Shown here: piece after piece, positions 1 through 12,436 of the stretch
Layout: every line of letters starts with the position of its first letter
Numbering within the stretch: the stretch's first letter is position 1
From: Pelomyxa schiedti
Taxonomy: Eukaryota; Protista; Evosea
Direction: 5' to 3'
Assembly: GCA_020536535.1 (NCBI GenBank)
Contig: JAHLWZ010000846.1
Coordinates: forward strand, 1 to 64,000
DNA: 64,000 nucleotides
Made by a program: the position numbers and the translations under genes
The notes under the pieces: generated by a model
Database searches by the model: none
What the model was told of the DNA's origin: nothing
What the model saw: the letters and a program-made list of their open reading frames with translations, nothing else

Positions 1-629
1 TGTTTGGTTGTGTCATAGCGTCATCCCTGGTGCCCGTCAGGACTGAAAGAATAATAGTGCCATTTTCTTGCGTGGTTTTTGGTTTACAAAGGAAAAAACA
101 GAACATACGAAAGACATTGGTCCCAAGTGCGATGAATTCTCATATCAAGCGATAAAAACCATTATTGTAAGTACACTCGAAATTGATGCCAGGATGCATC
201 CAACCACCTTACAACCACCCCACAGAAAATAGAAACAAGGAAGTTGCTTGGTGATCAATCTGGAAATCTTCTTTCCTTGCGTGCAGTGCTGAGTCTACCC
301 CCCAAATAATGATCACTCGGGTTGTGTGCAAGAGAAAGGGGTGGAGTGAAACGTGAAACTGTCCGCGAATAGTTTGAACAAAGATCGCCCTCCCGTTAGC
401 GGACGCCGGCAGTGTCACCTTCCAAATTTGGCATTGCGTAAGTGATGTTGTCTCGGAAAAGCGAGTTTTTCCTCCATGAAGAAAAACTTTCGCTTTCAGT
501 GCGTCCCTTTCTTTGTTTTGTGTTTGACAAAACCCACCCTAAAACCCACAGATCCCCACGCACCGCACATCAACACACAATTGAACCACAACACACAACC
601 GTTAGTATAAAGCCACAACAAAACCCAAG

Positions 630-2899
630 ATGCACCACACCGCTGACAACCAACAACCAATCTACAACACAATGCCTCTGAAGCGGTCACATTCCCAGTC
701 TCAGATGCCAGTTTTTGACAACGACGCTCAGGATCAGGACACAGACGGCGGTGGAACCGCTGATCACCCTGATAACCCTCATGATTCCTCGCCCCGGCAT
801 ATCCACCACACCCACGCCCACATCCACTCCCATAATCACCGCCACCACCAGCACCAGCGCCTGCCACCTCCGTCCTCCGCCGCTGCGCTGTCTTCTCTCC
901 CGCCTGCCTCTTCCACATCCTTGCCGCTATTATGGGATGTCAGGGGGCGCGGCCTGGATCGGTCCGGCATTTTGTCCCTGGGCGCGTCTGAGCCACATGA
1001 TTCATCGTGCACTACTTCGTTTTTGTCTGATAGGATCATACACAGAGGTGAGAATGAGGGTTGTGATTATGGTCACCAGGATGAGCATTTGGCTGCCGAT
1101 CGGACTGAGACTATTCCTGGGTTTGAACTTGGCTTGCAGAATAGCTGCACTGATGCGCCTCATCAAGACTTGTTTTCAGACAATAATGTGTCAAATTCCA
1201 ACCCTGGAATGGGGATTCTTGTGGCTGAGGACCACACGACAGCCTACGAAACCAGACATGTAAGAAAAAGGCTACTGGAGGAGGAGCTCATGGAATTGTG
1301 TAATCCAGTAAGGCCAAAACAGGAATTCCGGGTACTGTGACTGTCGTTTTTTTCCTGTGGTTTATTTTAATTAGAGTATCCAAGAAGAATACACCAACAT
1401 ATGCTTGGCTGATTTCCCTGTAGCATTACGCGATTGTAATTTATCGAAAAATAGATATGAGGCTGTTATACCTTGTATGTCCAAACCCTCTTTTCCAAGG
1501 TGCATTCTCACCCCAATCAAAGATGATCAAACTCGAGTTATACTACGGGAAGATGGGAACGAGGGGTCCGACTATATAAATGCCAGTTACATTAAGGTAC
1601 TAAACTTTCTCTCAGATATTTAGCTAACTTTCATGTTTAGGGGGAGGTAGAAGGAAGTGACAGAGCATACATTGCAACACAGGGTCCCCTTGAAACCACT
1701 TTTCCTGATTTTTGGCGCATGGCATGGGAGACTTCTTGTGAATTAATTGTGATGTTAACCAAAGAATCAGAACACAAAGCAGTGAGTCGAGTCAATACTC
1801 AACGAAGAATTCTAAACGTAAGCAGGTCAAAGTTGATAGATATTGGCCGGATGCACAAATCACATCTCGAGTATATGGTTTGATCACTGTTTCTTTGATT
1901 GAAGAAGACTGCACTGATAACTCCATTATTCACAGAGTATTCCAGCTCGCTCACTCGGAAGTTTGTACGCCAGGCATTATTCACTTCACTTAGCCTATTT
2001 CTAGCATCCAGGACAGCACCGTGTGGTTGAGCAGTATCAATACCAAGGCTGGCCTGACCAAAGCGTTCCTGAGACTACTCAGGATATACGCCAACTCATT
2101 TGTAATATAAGCCACACTTCACCTATCACCAAAAAACCGCGTCTGTCTTCTTCACCACCATCTTCTCCTTCACAGCTTCCTAAACTACCAAAGCCAACCA
2201 TTGTGCACTGCAGGTACAAGCAATTCCCCATTTCATTTGTTCTAATTGCAAATAGTGCGGGAATTGGCCGCACAGGAACCTTCTGCGCAATTCATATCAG
2301 TATAGAAAAGTTGTATCACTATATTGTATCAAACTGTATTACACTCGTACAACCTCCTGCGGAATGCCCTCCCTTGCAGGCCTCCACCATCACCACTCCC
2401 TCATCTCCAACGTCATCAGAAGAGGATAGGGAAATACAACTCCTGACCGCCTCAATTGGCGTTCTCAAACAAATAGACATGTATAATATAGTTCGCCATC
2501 TCCGAGAGCAAAGACCCGGAATGGTACAGCGAGAGGTAAAAGCCAAACTTCACATCACCGAAGTGTCTAACGGGCAATTCCACCTAGGCACAATACTCGT
2601 TCTGCTACTGCGCAGTACAAGACGAGATGGTGGAGTTGGGCCTATTGCCTGACCACCTTGTGTCTAAACTCTACAAATCACGTTAGTCCCTTAGCTCCCC
2701 AACGTCCATTGCTCTTACAAAAAAAAAAAAAAAAAAAAAAAAGGAGAAGAAAGTGGACTCCCACTTCCCCCTTGTGGGCGCAAGGTATTCGGCCAACAAT
2801 CAGGGAGCCCATTATTTGGAAACCAGAGCTCTGCTACCCCACCACCATCCGCAAACACACCAACCATCACGGGTTGCTCATCAAGTGTATCATAAATAA
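630..2899 (+). CDS. Classical (class I) protein-tyrosine phosphatase with His-rich low-complexity N-terminus; multi-exon
   Basis: PTP motifs across exons: [46 protein letters not shown] (WPD loop), QRPGMVQ. The catalytic [10 protein letters not shown] is restored by removing intron 2214-2255. The 3' end is 2686 if unspliced, or about 2899 if intron 2682-2743 is removed. Confidence 0.9.
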
Positions 2900-3054
2900 G
2901 GAAGTTGCGCTCCATTTTGGGGTTGGCGCAATCCCAAATTGTCAGATTATTCCCTCACACTTTCCGTCTCCATTTCTTTTCTTCCAGTTTTTCCCACGAA
3001 GGAAAGAGAAGAACCAAACCAAACAACAAAAACCAAAACCCGTACCACGGAACG

Positions 3055-4987
3055 ATGTCGAACAACGAAAAGGCGGTACCGCTGCTCAGCCTATCGGTCC
3101 AAGAGCCCGCCCCCGAAGTGGTGTCTCCTGTCCTCGTGGCGGCGGCAAGCATCCCCACAGAGGCCCCGACGTCGCCACCTCAGTCGCCGCCGCAGTCGCC
3201 GCCGCAGTCGCCGCCGCAGTCGCCCATGCTGTCGTTCTCGTCGGCGCCGCTGTCTCCTTCCTTCTCCGAGAAGAGGAGGCGCGCGTACGCCCTGGCCACG
3301 TCGCTGGGGGCCGGCGCCCTCGTCGCGGCGCTGTTCTGCGCCTCCCTGGCCGTGTCCCTGATGCGCCCGGACGGCTCCGTCCCGGCCTCTGCCGCCACCA
3401 GCGTCGCCGTCGTCATCGGCGACGGCATGGGCTTCTCGGCCCTCTCTCTGTCCCGTGCCTGCGTGGCGTCGTCATTTTTGGGCGGCCAGGGCGCCGAATC
3501 TGCTATCTGCTACGGTGTATTGGGTGCGGGTGGCGTTGATGTGAGATTGACTGTTGATTCCTTTTTGGTGGGCAGCATGCGGAGCTGCTCGAACTCTAGC
3601 CTTATAACGGACTCTGCCGCGGCCGCCACGGCACTGGCTTGTGGGAAGAAGACCACGAATGGCAGAGTAGGTATGCATCCAGCCACGGTAAATGTGAGTT
3701 TATTCCAAACTCTGACAAAGGGTGGAGGAAAACGGGGCGGGTTGCAAGTACTTTCATTCTAAACGGCTAAGCATAGGCGTGACTGCTGATGGAATGCCAA
3801 TCGCGTCACTCCTCGAGTCTGCGAAAATGCGCGGTCAGAATGTGGGTGTATTGTGCACATCTCGCGTTACGGATGCAACTCCAGCTGCATTTACAGCACA
3901 TGTGTCTTCAAGATACAACGAACAAGAAATTGCTTTACAACAGGTTTTCTTGCTGTTTCCTCTTCCTGCATTGGTGTAATGGAGCTATATAGCTGGATTT
4001 AGGAATTGATATTATCATTTGTGGTGGCTCGTATTACTATTTACCCGAAAATAGAGATGACCACCGTGACCTCTTGAGTGAAGCAGCAGCCAAAGGGTAT
4101 TTCTCTTGTGGGACTGTAAACTTAAACTCAGTTTAATCAGATACATGGTTTTCACAAATACTACACTTTTCCTCGAAGCCCATGCAAGGGGCACACTTCA
4201 TCCCCCCATTCTGGCCCTACTAGCGTCCTCAGACCTCCCGTTCACCATCGATCAAAGTGAATTATCTCTGGCCAAAATGACCGAAATTACTCTGGGCCTG
4301 ATAACTGCGCCGTTCTTTTTACTTGTGGAATCTTCAAACATTGGTACACCCACCCCCCCACTAATAAAAATAGCCTCGACATTTATTTTTCGCTCACAAT
4401 CAACAGACCACGCCGCCCATGTGCATGACCCCGCTTCTGTGTACCATGAAGTTATGGACTTCTGGGATACCTTGTCTGTGCTGAATGCATCAAACGGTCT
4501 GCTTGTTGTGGGGATGGCTGATCACGAAACCGGGGGCTTGTCACTCACCGATGGCCTGAATAGCTTATGGGATCCAGACATTGTAGCCAACGTCGATGCG
4601 TCGTGTCACAGAATGGCAGACATCCTTCTCTCGGGTTCCGCGAACGCAACCGAGGTGCTGCAGGAATTCGCTCACATCAGTCCCACAAGTGCGGAGCTGG
4701 CCGTGATTGAGGCGGCTGTTCAAGGCGGCGTGGAGAGGCTGATTGAGACGTCACTTGGAAACGTCGTTTCGCGGCGCTCGGGTGTCTCTTGGTCAACGGT
4801 GAATCACACTGGCGTGGATGTGCCTCTGTTTGCATTCTGCCCGGGAAACTGCACTTGTGGGAGTGCACTGCAGTATTTGAGGGGCAATGTGGATAACACA
4901 TTTGTAACAACAGTTCTGGAATCATTTATGGGTGTTAGTCTTCAAAATGACACTGCTAGTCTCAATCAGACTATCAGGCTTGTGTAA
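3055..4987 (+). CDS. Alkaline phosphatase (PhoA/Pho8 family), type II membrane-anchored, paralog 1
   Basis: N-terminal TM helix, then IGDGMG, ITDSAAAATA (catalytic Ser), TDATPAAF, spliced VESSNI/DHAAHVHD, ADHETGG and NHTGVDVP; several short introns. Confidence 0.92.
3172..3224 (+). repeat. 12-nt tandem repeat (cagtcgccgccg) encoding (SPPQ)x4 in the cytoplasmic tail of alkaline phosphatase 1
   Basis: Directly visible tandem units; translation TSPPQSPPQSPPQSPPQSP. Confidence 0.85.
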
Positions 4988-5028
4988 TAGAAAATGGATT
5001 TTGGATTTTTTGTTGTTATAAGGAACAG

Positions 5029-8003
5029 CTAGGTTTTTTTTAATGCTCTAACTACTGCCGTGCTCCATAATGGGTTCTCGTTGTATTTCTTCTGAAGCAC
5101 TACTGAGAATAACTGGGAGAATATGAGTTTAAAGGTAGGTGAAGTTGTTATTAGTGCTGAATGTTTCTGGCGGGATTTGATGTGGAAAAACATACCGCTG
5201 AGTGCTCCTCGGTCTGCCCCTTGTTTATTGGTTACTACCATCAACTAAAGGAGGGATGTTTTCTTACCTCTCGATTTTACAAGTTCCTCCATCTTTACAA
5301 GATATTCACATATGTTCGCAAGAGTGTCTGCTATCTCCTTACTGGGAAAAATTATGAATGTCAAATTGGGAGCAGACAATTACCCTCTTGCCTTCTCGGC
5401 AGCGAGTTGCTCCTTAATTGATTTAGTTTCAGAATCCAATAGACCCCCCAGCTCCTTTGTTGTGTTGGTGGACCGTTGCTCGTCATCTAGTCTCCGGGTA
5501 GTTTGATCGATCTCAGTAACAATTACTACAAGTGGGTGATTAAAGGGTTGAAATACGTAGTGAGAATGATGAAGCACATACATTTGTGAACACGTTTGAG
5601 TTCATCAGCTGTTCTCTCTAAACCATTCTTTTGGTCTACAGTTTTTCTATTTTGATCAACAAGAGATGACACTTTCTTCTCCCACACCTTGTAAAGATTT
5701 TTAATAATATCACTATACAACTGTCACAGCTACTTTGCAATAGGCGTCAAGAGAAGCAGTCAATTGTTTCCTTGCTTCTTCTTCAGCTTCAGAATCATAG
5801 CCTCCACTTCGAGAGGAGGCATCTCCAACTATACAGGACTTTAGCTGATCTGTGAATGGCTTCAAGAAAGTGAATTGATGAAGAAAGGAGTAAAACGAAC
5901 CAAGAAAGGATATTCTTTTGACAAAAAGGAGCATAATTCATTGAGATGAGGTCTTATCAGGTCCACAACTTCTACTAAAGGTACTTGCGGATGTTGTTGT
6001 GGAACAAATTCCAGAGCCCCTTCGTAGGCCTTCACATCCTATAATATTTTAACTGGACAAAACTTCAAGTACGTGTAGTACTGTTATCTGGTTCAAGAAC
6101 TTCATAACTTGTGGAATTTTTTGGGATATAAACTCAGTAAACACTGACATGTATTCTTCAAAAGAATCAGCAGCAGTGTTACTAGATAACCATTGAAGGG
6201 TTTTGGAAATAAGAACAAGGTTTCGCCTCACACCCATGCTTGGAGATTCTTTTGTCGTTAAAGAAGGAAGTCATCGTAAGGGAAAGACCTGAAACTAGCC
6301 CGAATTGGTCTGGAGAAACCAGAGCTGGACAGAAAAATCTCACAAAAATGAATGCCCCAAGGGCTGAGGCCTTTGAATAATTTGGGAATTTCTCCATCAT
6401 CATATCTTGTGATGCTTTAAGGAATAGTCTTATATGCCTAAAGGGTTCTAGTCATTCCATTTGCATCGAATATATTTACAAAAAGTTCTTAAAAGCTATT
6501 GACCGTTCGATATCAAAAACCTACCTGGGCATTCTTTTTGCAGATTCTGTTATTCTGTCTGTGAGAGCATCCAATATTTGTAATAATATTTTGGTGTTTT
6601 CTATGCGTGTGGCCTCCTCAACTCGTGATGGATCGATCTGAAACGGTGAGTGCAAATTAAGGAAGTGGCAGTGTTACCTCCAATGCACGACTGAGCGAGC
6701 ACAACTTTGCCAGAGTATCGTCCAAGCAGTAATGCAGGTATTGATTGCCTTCAAGTTTGTACAAAACTGCTACCATACGCGAAGCGGCACTGGATCCACG
6801 AAACATATTGGAAGGGGCAGCTGTCAGAGTGTTTTAAAGGGATGCAATGGAATGCATGGTGTTGATGATAGTTGTTGTGATAGAATTTGATTGTTAAATG
6901 TAGAAAGATGCCTGATTGCTGTATTTCCTTAACTATACTCCAACGCAATAGTCTTTGAGTCATTTGATGGGCAGAGAAAAACTATTTGTCTTTTAGAGGG
7001 GGAAGGTAGCCAAGAAAACCTTGAGCAAAGTAGTGGCACAGGGAGATAAGGCAGCTGGGGATTTTTCTTTTGACAAAATAACACAAAATAAACTCCACAG
7101 AAGTTCACTGTTGGGTGATAACAGCATCTTTCAAAATAAGTGCAAAAATCTAAAGGCAAGTCGCCGTACTTGTCCAATAACCGAAAACCGCGATGCCTTT
7201 GCCAAACTTAGTAGTTCCTGCTGTGAGGTCGATAGCGCATTTTGACCAGACTGTGACAGTGCCTGACTTGCTGTCAATTGAACCGACCTAGGTGTAGGAA
7301 GCTGCGAAATGGCAGGAGCGGCAGCCGGGCTCAAAGTTGGGCTCAAAGTCGCCACAGGTTGGGTGCTGGGAACACCCAAAAGTGGCAGCGACGGAAGAGC
7401 AACAGGAACCGATGGCAGTGGAGGCGGAGGTGGCGGTGGAGAGCCCTCCCTCTCAGGCACAACAGCAACAACATCCCGCGAATCACGCATTTCCCTTTCT
7501 CTGTCCCTATCTTTGTCCTTGCTATCCCTATCTTTGTCTTTGTCTTTGTCCTTGTCCTTATCCTTCGATGACGACGTCAAGTGCAATCTCCTGGTGGTCT
7601 GGCCCGAAAATGCCTTGGCCTTGCCCCACAGGGACCGATGAAAAGAGCCCCCCGCAGAGGAAGGCGGGGGAGGCGGAGGGGGCGGAGGGGGCGGCGGCGG
7701 GGGCGGTGGAGGAGGCGGAGGCGGAGGCGGCGGGGGGGTAGCAGCGGGGAGAGGAGGAGGCGGCGGCGGGTCCCGACCCTCCTCCGTCCCCGTGCTGGGG
7801 GGCGCCGCGGGCAGTGGCTCCAGCAGGTCAGCCAGCGCGGGCCCCGACAGCTCGTCGACGTGGCAGTGGCGCATGGTGTGGTACTTGCGGGTGACCATGC
7901 GCCTGTTCTTCGCCGGCCGCAAGGGGGGCGGGGGCGGCGGAGGCGGGTCCTCCGAGTCACTGCAGTGCTTCGTTTCCGAGGCAGGCACAGTTCCGTCCGA
8001 CAT
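5029..8003 (-). CDS. RasGAP-domain protein with poly-Pro/(KD)n N-terminus and coiled-coil C-terminus; multi-exon
   Basis: GAP motifs ALGAFIFVRFFCPALVSP and RRNLVLISKTLQWLSSN; an FRGSS-type arginine-finger region near 6790; terminal exon ...VVRALKKT* at 5029. Confidence 0.85.
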
Positions 8004-8108
8004 CGCACCCCCACAACGAAACGAAGGAAGAGGTTATTTTTGTGTGGATTTTTTCTGATTATTCTTTCGCATTGTTCTTTTCGCGTATCGTTTCGGCAAC
8101 CGTGATCG

Positions 8109-10150
8109 ATGGTGCCGTGTCGGGTGTTGCTCAATGTGGCTCTTTTTCTGGCTTGTGTGATTGGAGTGATGAGTGATGACGTGGATCTGTTGCTCGACGC
8201 CATTGTGTCCGACACTGTATCCCATAACCCCTTCTCCTCGCCATTCTGGCATCTTGTAAACCACAGAGAATGCGTCGGACTCACAGATTCCAAAAAAACC
8301 AAAATAAAGGAGCAGTTCGATAGAATCTATGAAATGTGCGACACTTTTGGCTCCAGGCTTACTGGGTCTCAGGACTTGGAAGGTACCTGTTGACAATTAG
8401 CTTACTGGTATTTTATGTTGATCATGTAACAAGATTCTTTTGACTGGTGTCAGCAGCTTATGACTGCAGGTAACTTGCCTTTTATTATTTTTTTGCGCCG
8501 GTCCAACTGGAACAACCTCTGTGACTATTAGATGGTCTGGAATACTCCCCAGAGAAAGTACCAGCTCCCCATTGGATACACAACCACCACGGCGATGAAC
8601 TATTGCTATTGTCCCCAGGAAAGCAGCGATACTTATCTGTTACATGTTTGGGAGACTCAATCGGAACTGGTGAGTTTCCACTTGGATTCAGCACCTCTAG
8701 TCTCAGCGAATATAGGGTCTTCCCCAGTGACTGCCCAAGTTCTTGTGGTTAGCAGTTTTGATGAACTGCAGGCCCGAGCTGACGAAGCAGTAGGGAAAAG
8801 TACCTTAATTTCTTTTCCTCTTTCCTTCTGATGGACTCATAGTTGTGGTTTATGACAGTTCGTATTCTCAACAACTACTCTAATATTTACATCTTTTCTC
8901 TAGTCCCATTTACAACATACGGAGCTTCTTCTCCATACAGGATAAATGGAGCTGTAGAAGCAGCCAAGGTTGGCGCGTATGTTCATCCTAAAATACTAGC
9001 ATAATGTAATTTGTTTTTAGTATTGCATCACTTACTAATTCGATAACGCAACTGAGTTTGTATACACTTCACACTGGAGTAATGTATTACGAAGAGGGAG
9101 TGACTGTCATACCTGCAGGCTCCATTACAGGTGATTCAACACTTTATCACCAGATTTGAGCTATTTGTGACAGTCATAGTGTAAAAACTCAGGATTTTTT
9201 TTGTAGTTGAAGATGCTCAGATGTTACACAGAATGCAAAATCGTTCACAAACACCAACGCTTCAACTTACACTTGATTGCTCACGTGCCGGATTCACATC
9301 ATCGAGAAATTTGATAACTGAGGTCAAGGTGCACTAGGCCCACTGCTAATCACGTTTTACCTGACGGAATATACAGGGCAGTTTATATCCTGATGAGTTG
9401 GTGATTATCAGTGGCCACTTAGACTCGTACTTCTCTACATAGTTTCCACCCTAAATTAAACCACATTTAGATGGGATGTTGGCTCAACACTTGGAGCTCA
9501 GGATGATGCCTCTGGTGCTTTTGCTGGCTGGCAGATTGTCAGACTGATGACCCAACTGGGACTAAAAGCAAAAAGAACGATCCGGGCTGTCCTGTGGACC
9601 TGTGAAGAATTTGGTATTTTCCAAACAAAAATGAATGTACCTTAAATTTCTCTGTAGGAGGATGTGGTGGTCGGTCATACACAGGGGAACATGTTGAGGA
9701 GATGAACAACACTTCCATTGCTCTTGAAATGGATAACAACGGCGCTTACATACCCTCAGTCCTCACTACTGACTTGACTCAAGAAGGCCTCGAAATGTTT
9801 CAACCAATTTTGGACAGACTAGCAAAAATTGTCAACGTAACAGCAGAATACGGGGGCGGAGGGGAAGATATTGATCACATGCAGCAGTATGGTGTACCAG
9901 TTCTTGGATTGTCAACCAAGCCAGATGTCAATGTGAACTTATACGCAAACTATTTTGATGTTCACCACAGGTTTTCACTCCCCCAAAAAAACTTTGAATA
10001 CTTACTCACTTCCTCCACAGCCCCGCTGATACAGCCGACAAACTAGTCAAGTCCCAGTGGGACCTTTGTGTATCCACTTTCGCTGTCATATCCTACATGG
10101 TTGCTGACCTCGACTCCCTCCTTCCCCGCACAAATTCCCCTGTTCCCTAA
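8109..10150 (+). CDS. CPQ: Carboxypeptidase Q / plasma glutamate carboxypeptidase-like M28 metallopeptidase, secreted
   Basis: Signal peptide; MCDTFGSRLTGS, LYTLHTG, IISGHLDSWDVG (spliced), GAQDDASG, RTIRAVLWTCEEFG, YFDVHHSPADT; stop at 10150. Confidence 0.88.
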
Positions 10151-10312
10151 AAAAAAGTTCACGAAGCTGAAGGAGGGGAGCTCTTTTTGCGGTCTGGGGG
10201 AGGTTGTTTGCCTGACTCTCTGCATTTCAGAACCATCTGCAACTCTTCTGAAGAAAGCCGCCGATCAACAGAAAAAAAAAACAGAGGCCAGCACCATCGC
10301 CAAGTTGTTCCC

Positions 10313-12350
10313 ATGAACGAGAGCCAACCTCTGATTACGGACACGGGAGAAACCTCCCCAACAACCAACAGTGCCATTCTCACCGCAGAGCCGCCCCCAT
10401 CAACAACCACAGCTGCTACGACTACCACAACAACAACAACATCACCATCGTCGACCACCACCGGTACACCAACCCACGGCGTCGACTTCGACGTGGAGGG
10501 AGGCGCTGCCCGAGGCGGTGGGCGGCACGGCGGCCACCGCAAGCACAAGCACCGCAAGCTCTCGGCCCGCCGCGTCGCCGCGTTCGCGGTGGCCGGCGTC
10601 CTGGCGGCCGTCGCGGTGGGCTGCGTCCTGGTGGCCGTGGGCGTGCGGCTGGCCCGCTCCGACGACGACGACGCCGGCGGCTCGCGCTCCGTCGCCCTGG
10701 TCATCAACGACGGCATGTCGTTCGCGGCGCTGACCCTCGGCCGCGTCGCGGGGGGCTACGGCGTCGACGGCTCGCCGGTGGACGAGTACCTCGTGGGCAG
10801 CCTGCGCACGTGGTCTGGGTCGAGCTGGGTCACGGACTCGGCGGCGGGGGGCACGGCGTTGGGCTGTGCCACAAAGACCATCAACGGCTACGTTGGTATC
10901 TCGTCGTTCTTTTGTGCTGCCGTTTTTGTTTTTTGTTTTTGCTTTTGTTGCTGTTGCTGTTGTTGCAAGGAGAATGCCTTTGTGTTTGTCTGTGTGCGTG
11001 GGTTCTACTATGTGAAGTTTATATATAACACCAATGTACTATAACTTCTACTGGAAAACGTGATCTGAGGATATTGTTTTTTTTTTTTTTTTGTTCAGGT
11101 GTTGATACTGCAGGAAATCCTGTGGCTTCTCTGGCTTATGCTGCAAAGAGGAAAGGAATGGGAACAGCTATTGTTGCAAAATCGAGACTAACGGATGCAA
11201 CACCTGCAGCTTTCACCAGCCATATAATCTCTAGAAAGCTAGAGGAAGATATTGCTGCTCAGCAGGTAACGAGAGAAGTTCCTTAACTACAATCTTCAAT
11301 TCACCCCCTTTTGCTCAACACACAAAAAGATTGATTCTGGGGTTGATGTTATCATTGCTGGAGGTAACTATTACTTCTTACCAGAAAATAGAGAAGATGG
11401 TCGTGATTTACTTGCAGAGGCAGCTACCAAAGGGTATGTTCTTTTTTTTCAATCTCAAGTTTAACCTGAGATTAGATACATGGTAATCACTTCTATTGAT
11501 GACCTATATTCCCATTGGGAAAATGGAACTCTCCGTTATCCTTTATTTGCACTTGTCACTTCAATGGATGTTGGATTTTCAATTGATGATCCAGACATAA
11601 ATCTCCCTGATATGGTGTCTATGGCATTAGAAATCGTGCCCAAACCCTTCTTCATGATGGCAGAGTGTTCACTCATTGGTATCTCCTCTCAGAGCTCTCT
11701 TCTCCCAACTCAAAACCATCATAGACTACGCCGAGCATGCGCACGATCCCGCCGCGGCGTTCAATGACGTTGTTGAGTTCTTTGATGTCTTTACAACCCT
11801 TCGTGCATACTCTGAAACTCCACTTCTGGTTGTTGCGGTTTCCGATCACGAAACAGGCGGCCTGGGCCTGGGAGGGAACAACTATTCCTATAACCCCGTT
11901 GCACTCTCCCGCGTCAATGCCTCCTCCAGGTCAATGGCAAACATGATGTTCCTAGGCCAGGACCCAACAGCCGTACTTGAAGAATACGCCGGTATTACAC
12001 CAACAGAGGACGAGCTCACTACCATTGCCGCTGCATTGCAGACCAATGCCACTATACTATCCATTGCCCTCGGCAACATAGTTTCGGATTCCGTTTCAAT
12101 CTATTGGACCACTCTATCCCACACCGGGGCTGATATCCCTCTTTTCGCTGCAAATGAGTGGGACCCTCCAGACATCCCTTTTGGTGCCAATAATGACAAC
12201 ACCGCAGTGCCCCTAAAAATAGCGGAATACTTGGGACTGGACCTTGCTGAAGCCACCAATGAACTGAGGGAACAAATGGGCAAAACTACAATGCACTCGG
12301 CACAACAACATGGCCGCGCCTCGAAGGATCCTTTCCACACACAACCGTGA
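10313..12350 (+). CDS. Alkaline phosphatase (PhoA/Pho8 family), type II membrane-anchored, paralog 2
   Basis: TM helix, then INDGMS, VTDSAAGGTA, TDATPAAF, AECSLI/DYAEHAHD, SDHETGG and SHTGADIP; intron positions match paralog 1. Confidence 0.92.
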
Positions 12351-12436
12351 CCAGCATAATTTTTAGTTTAAAACTATTAGAAACAAACAATTATCTCATT
12401 CTTGTGTTTTAAAAGCCCTGCTGATAAATTACTTTG

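Noticed and set aside
1-440. Short minus-strand ORF (209-418) and possible exon fragments at the window start
   Set aside because: No recognisable motif and no convincing ATG-started exon chain; cannot be distinguished from UTR or intergenic DNA.
7278-8302. Long overlapping antisense and alternate-frame ORFs in GC-rich regions (also 15061-16115, 19512-20307, 28434-29175, 46294-47321, 60053-61609)
   Set aside because: Shadow ORFs caused by stop-codon scarcity in GC-rich, low-complexity coding sequence; no domain signal.
10921-10970. Poly-Cys stretch (FCFCFCCCCCCC) in ORF 10187-11044
   Set aside because: It lies inside the T/G-rich first intron of alkaline phosphatase 2; not coding.
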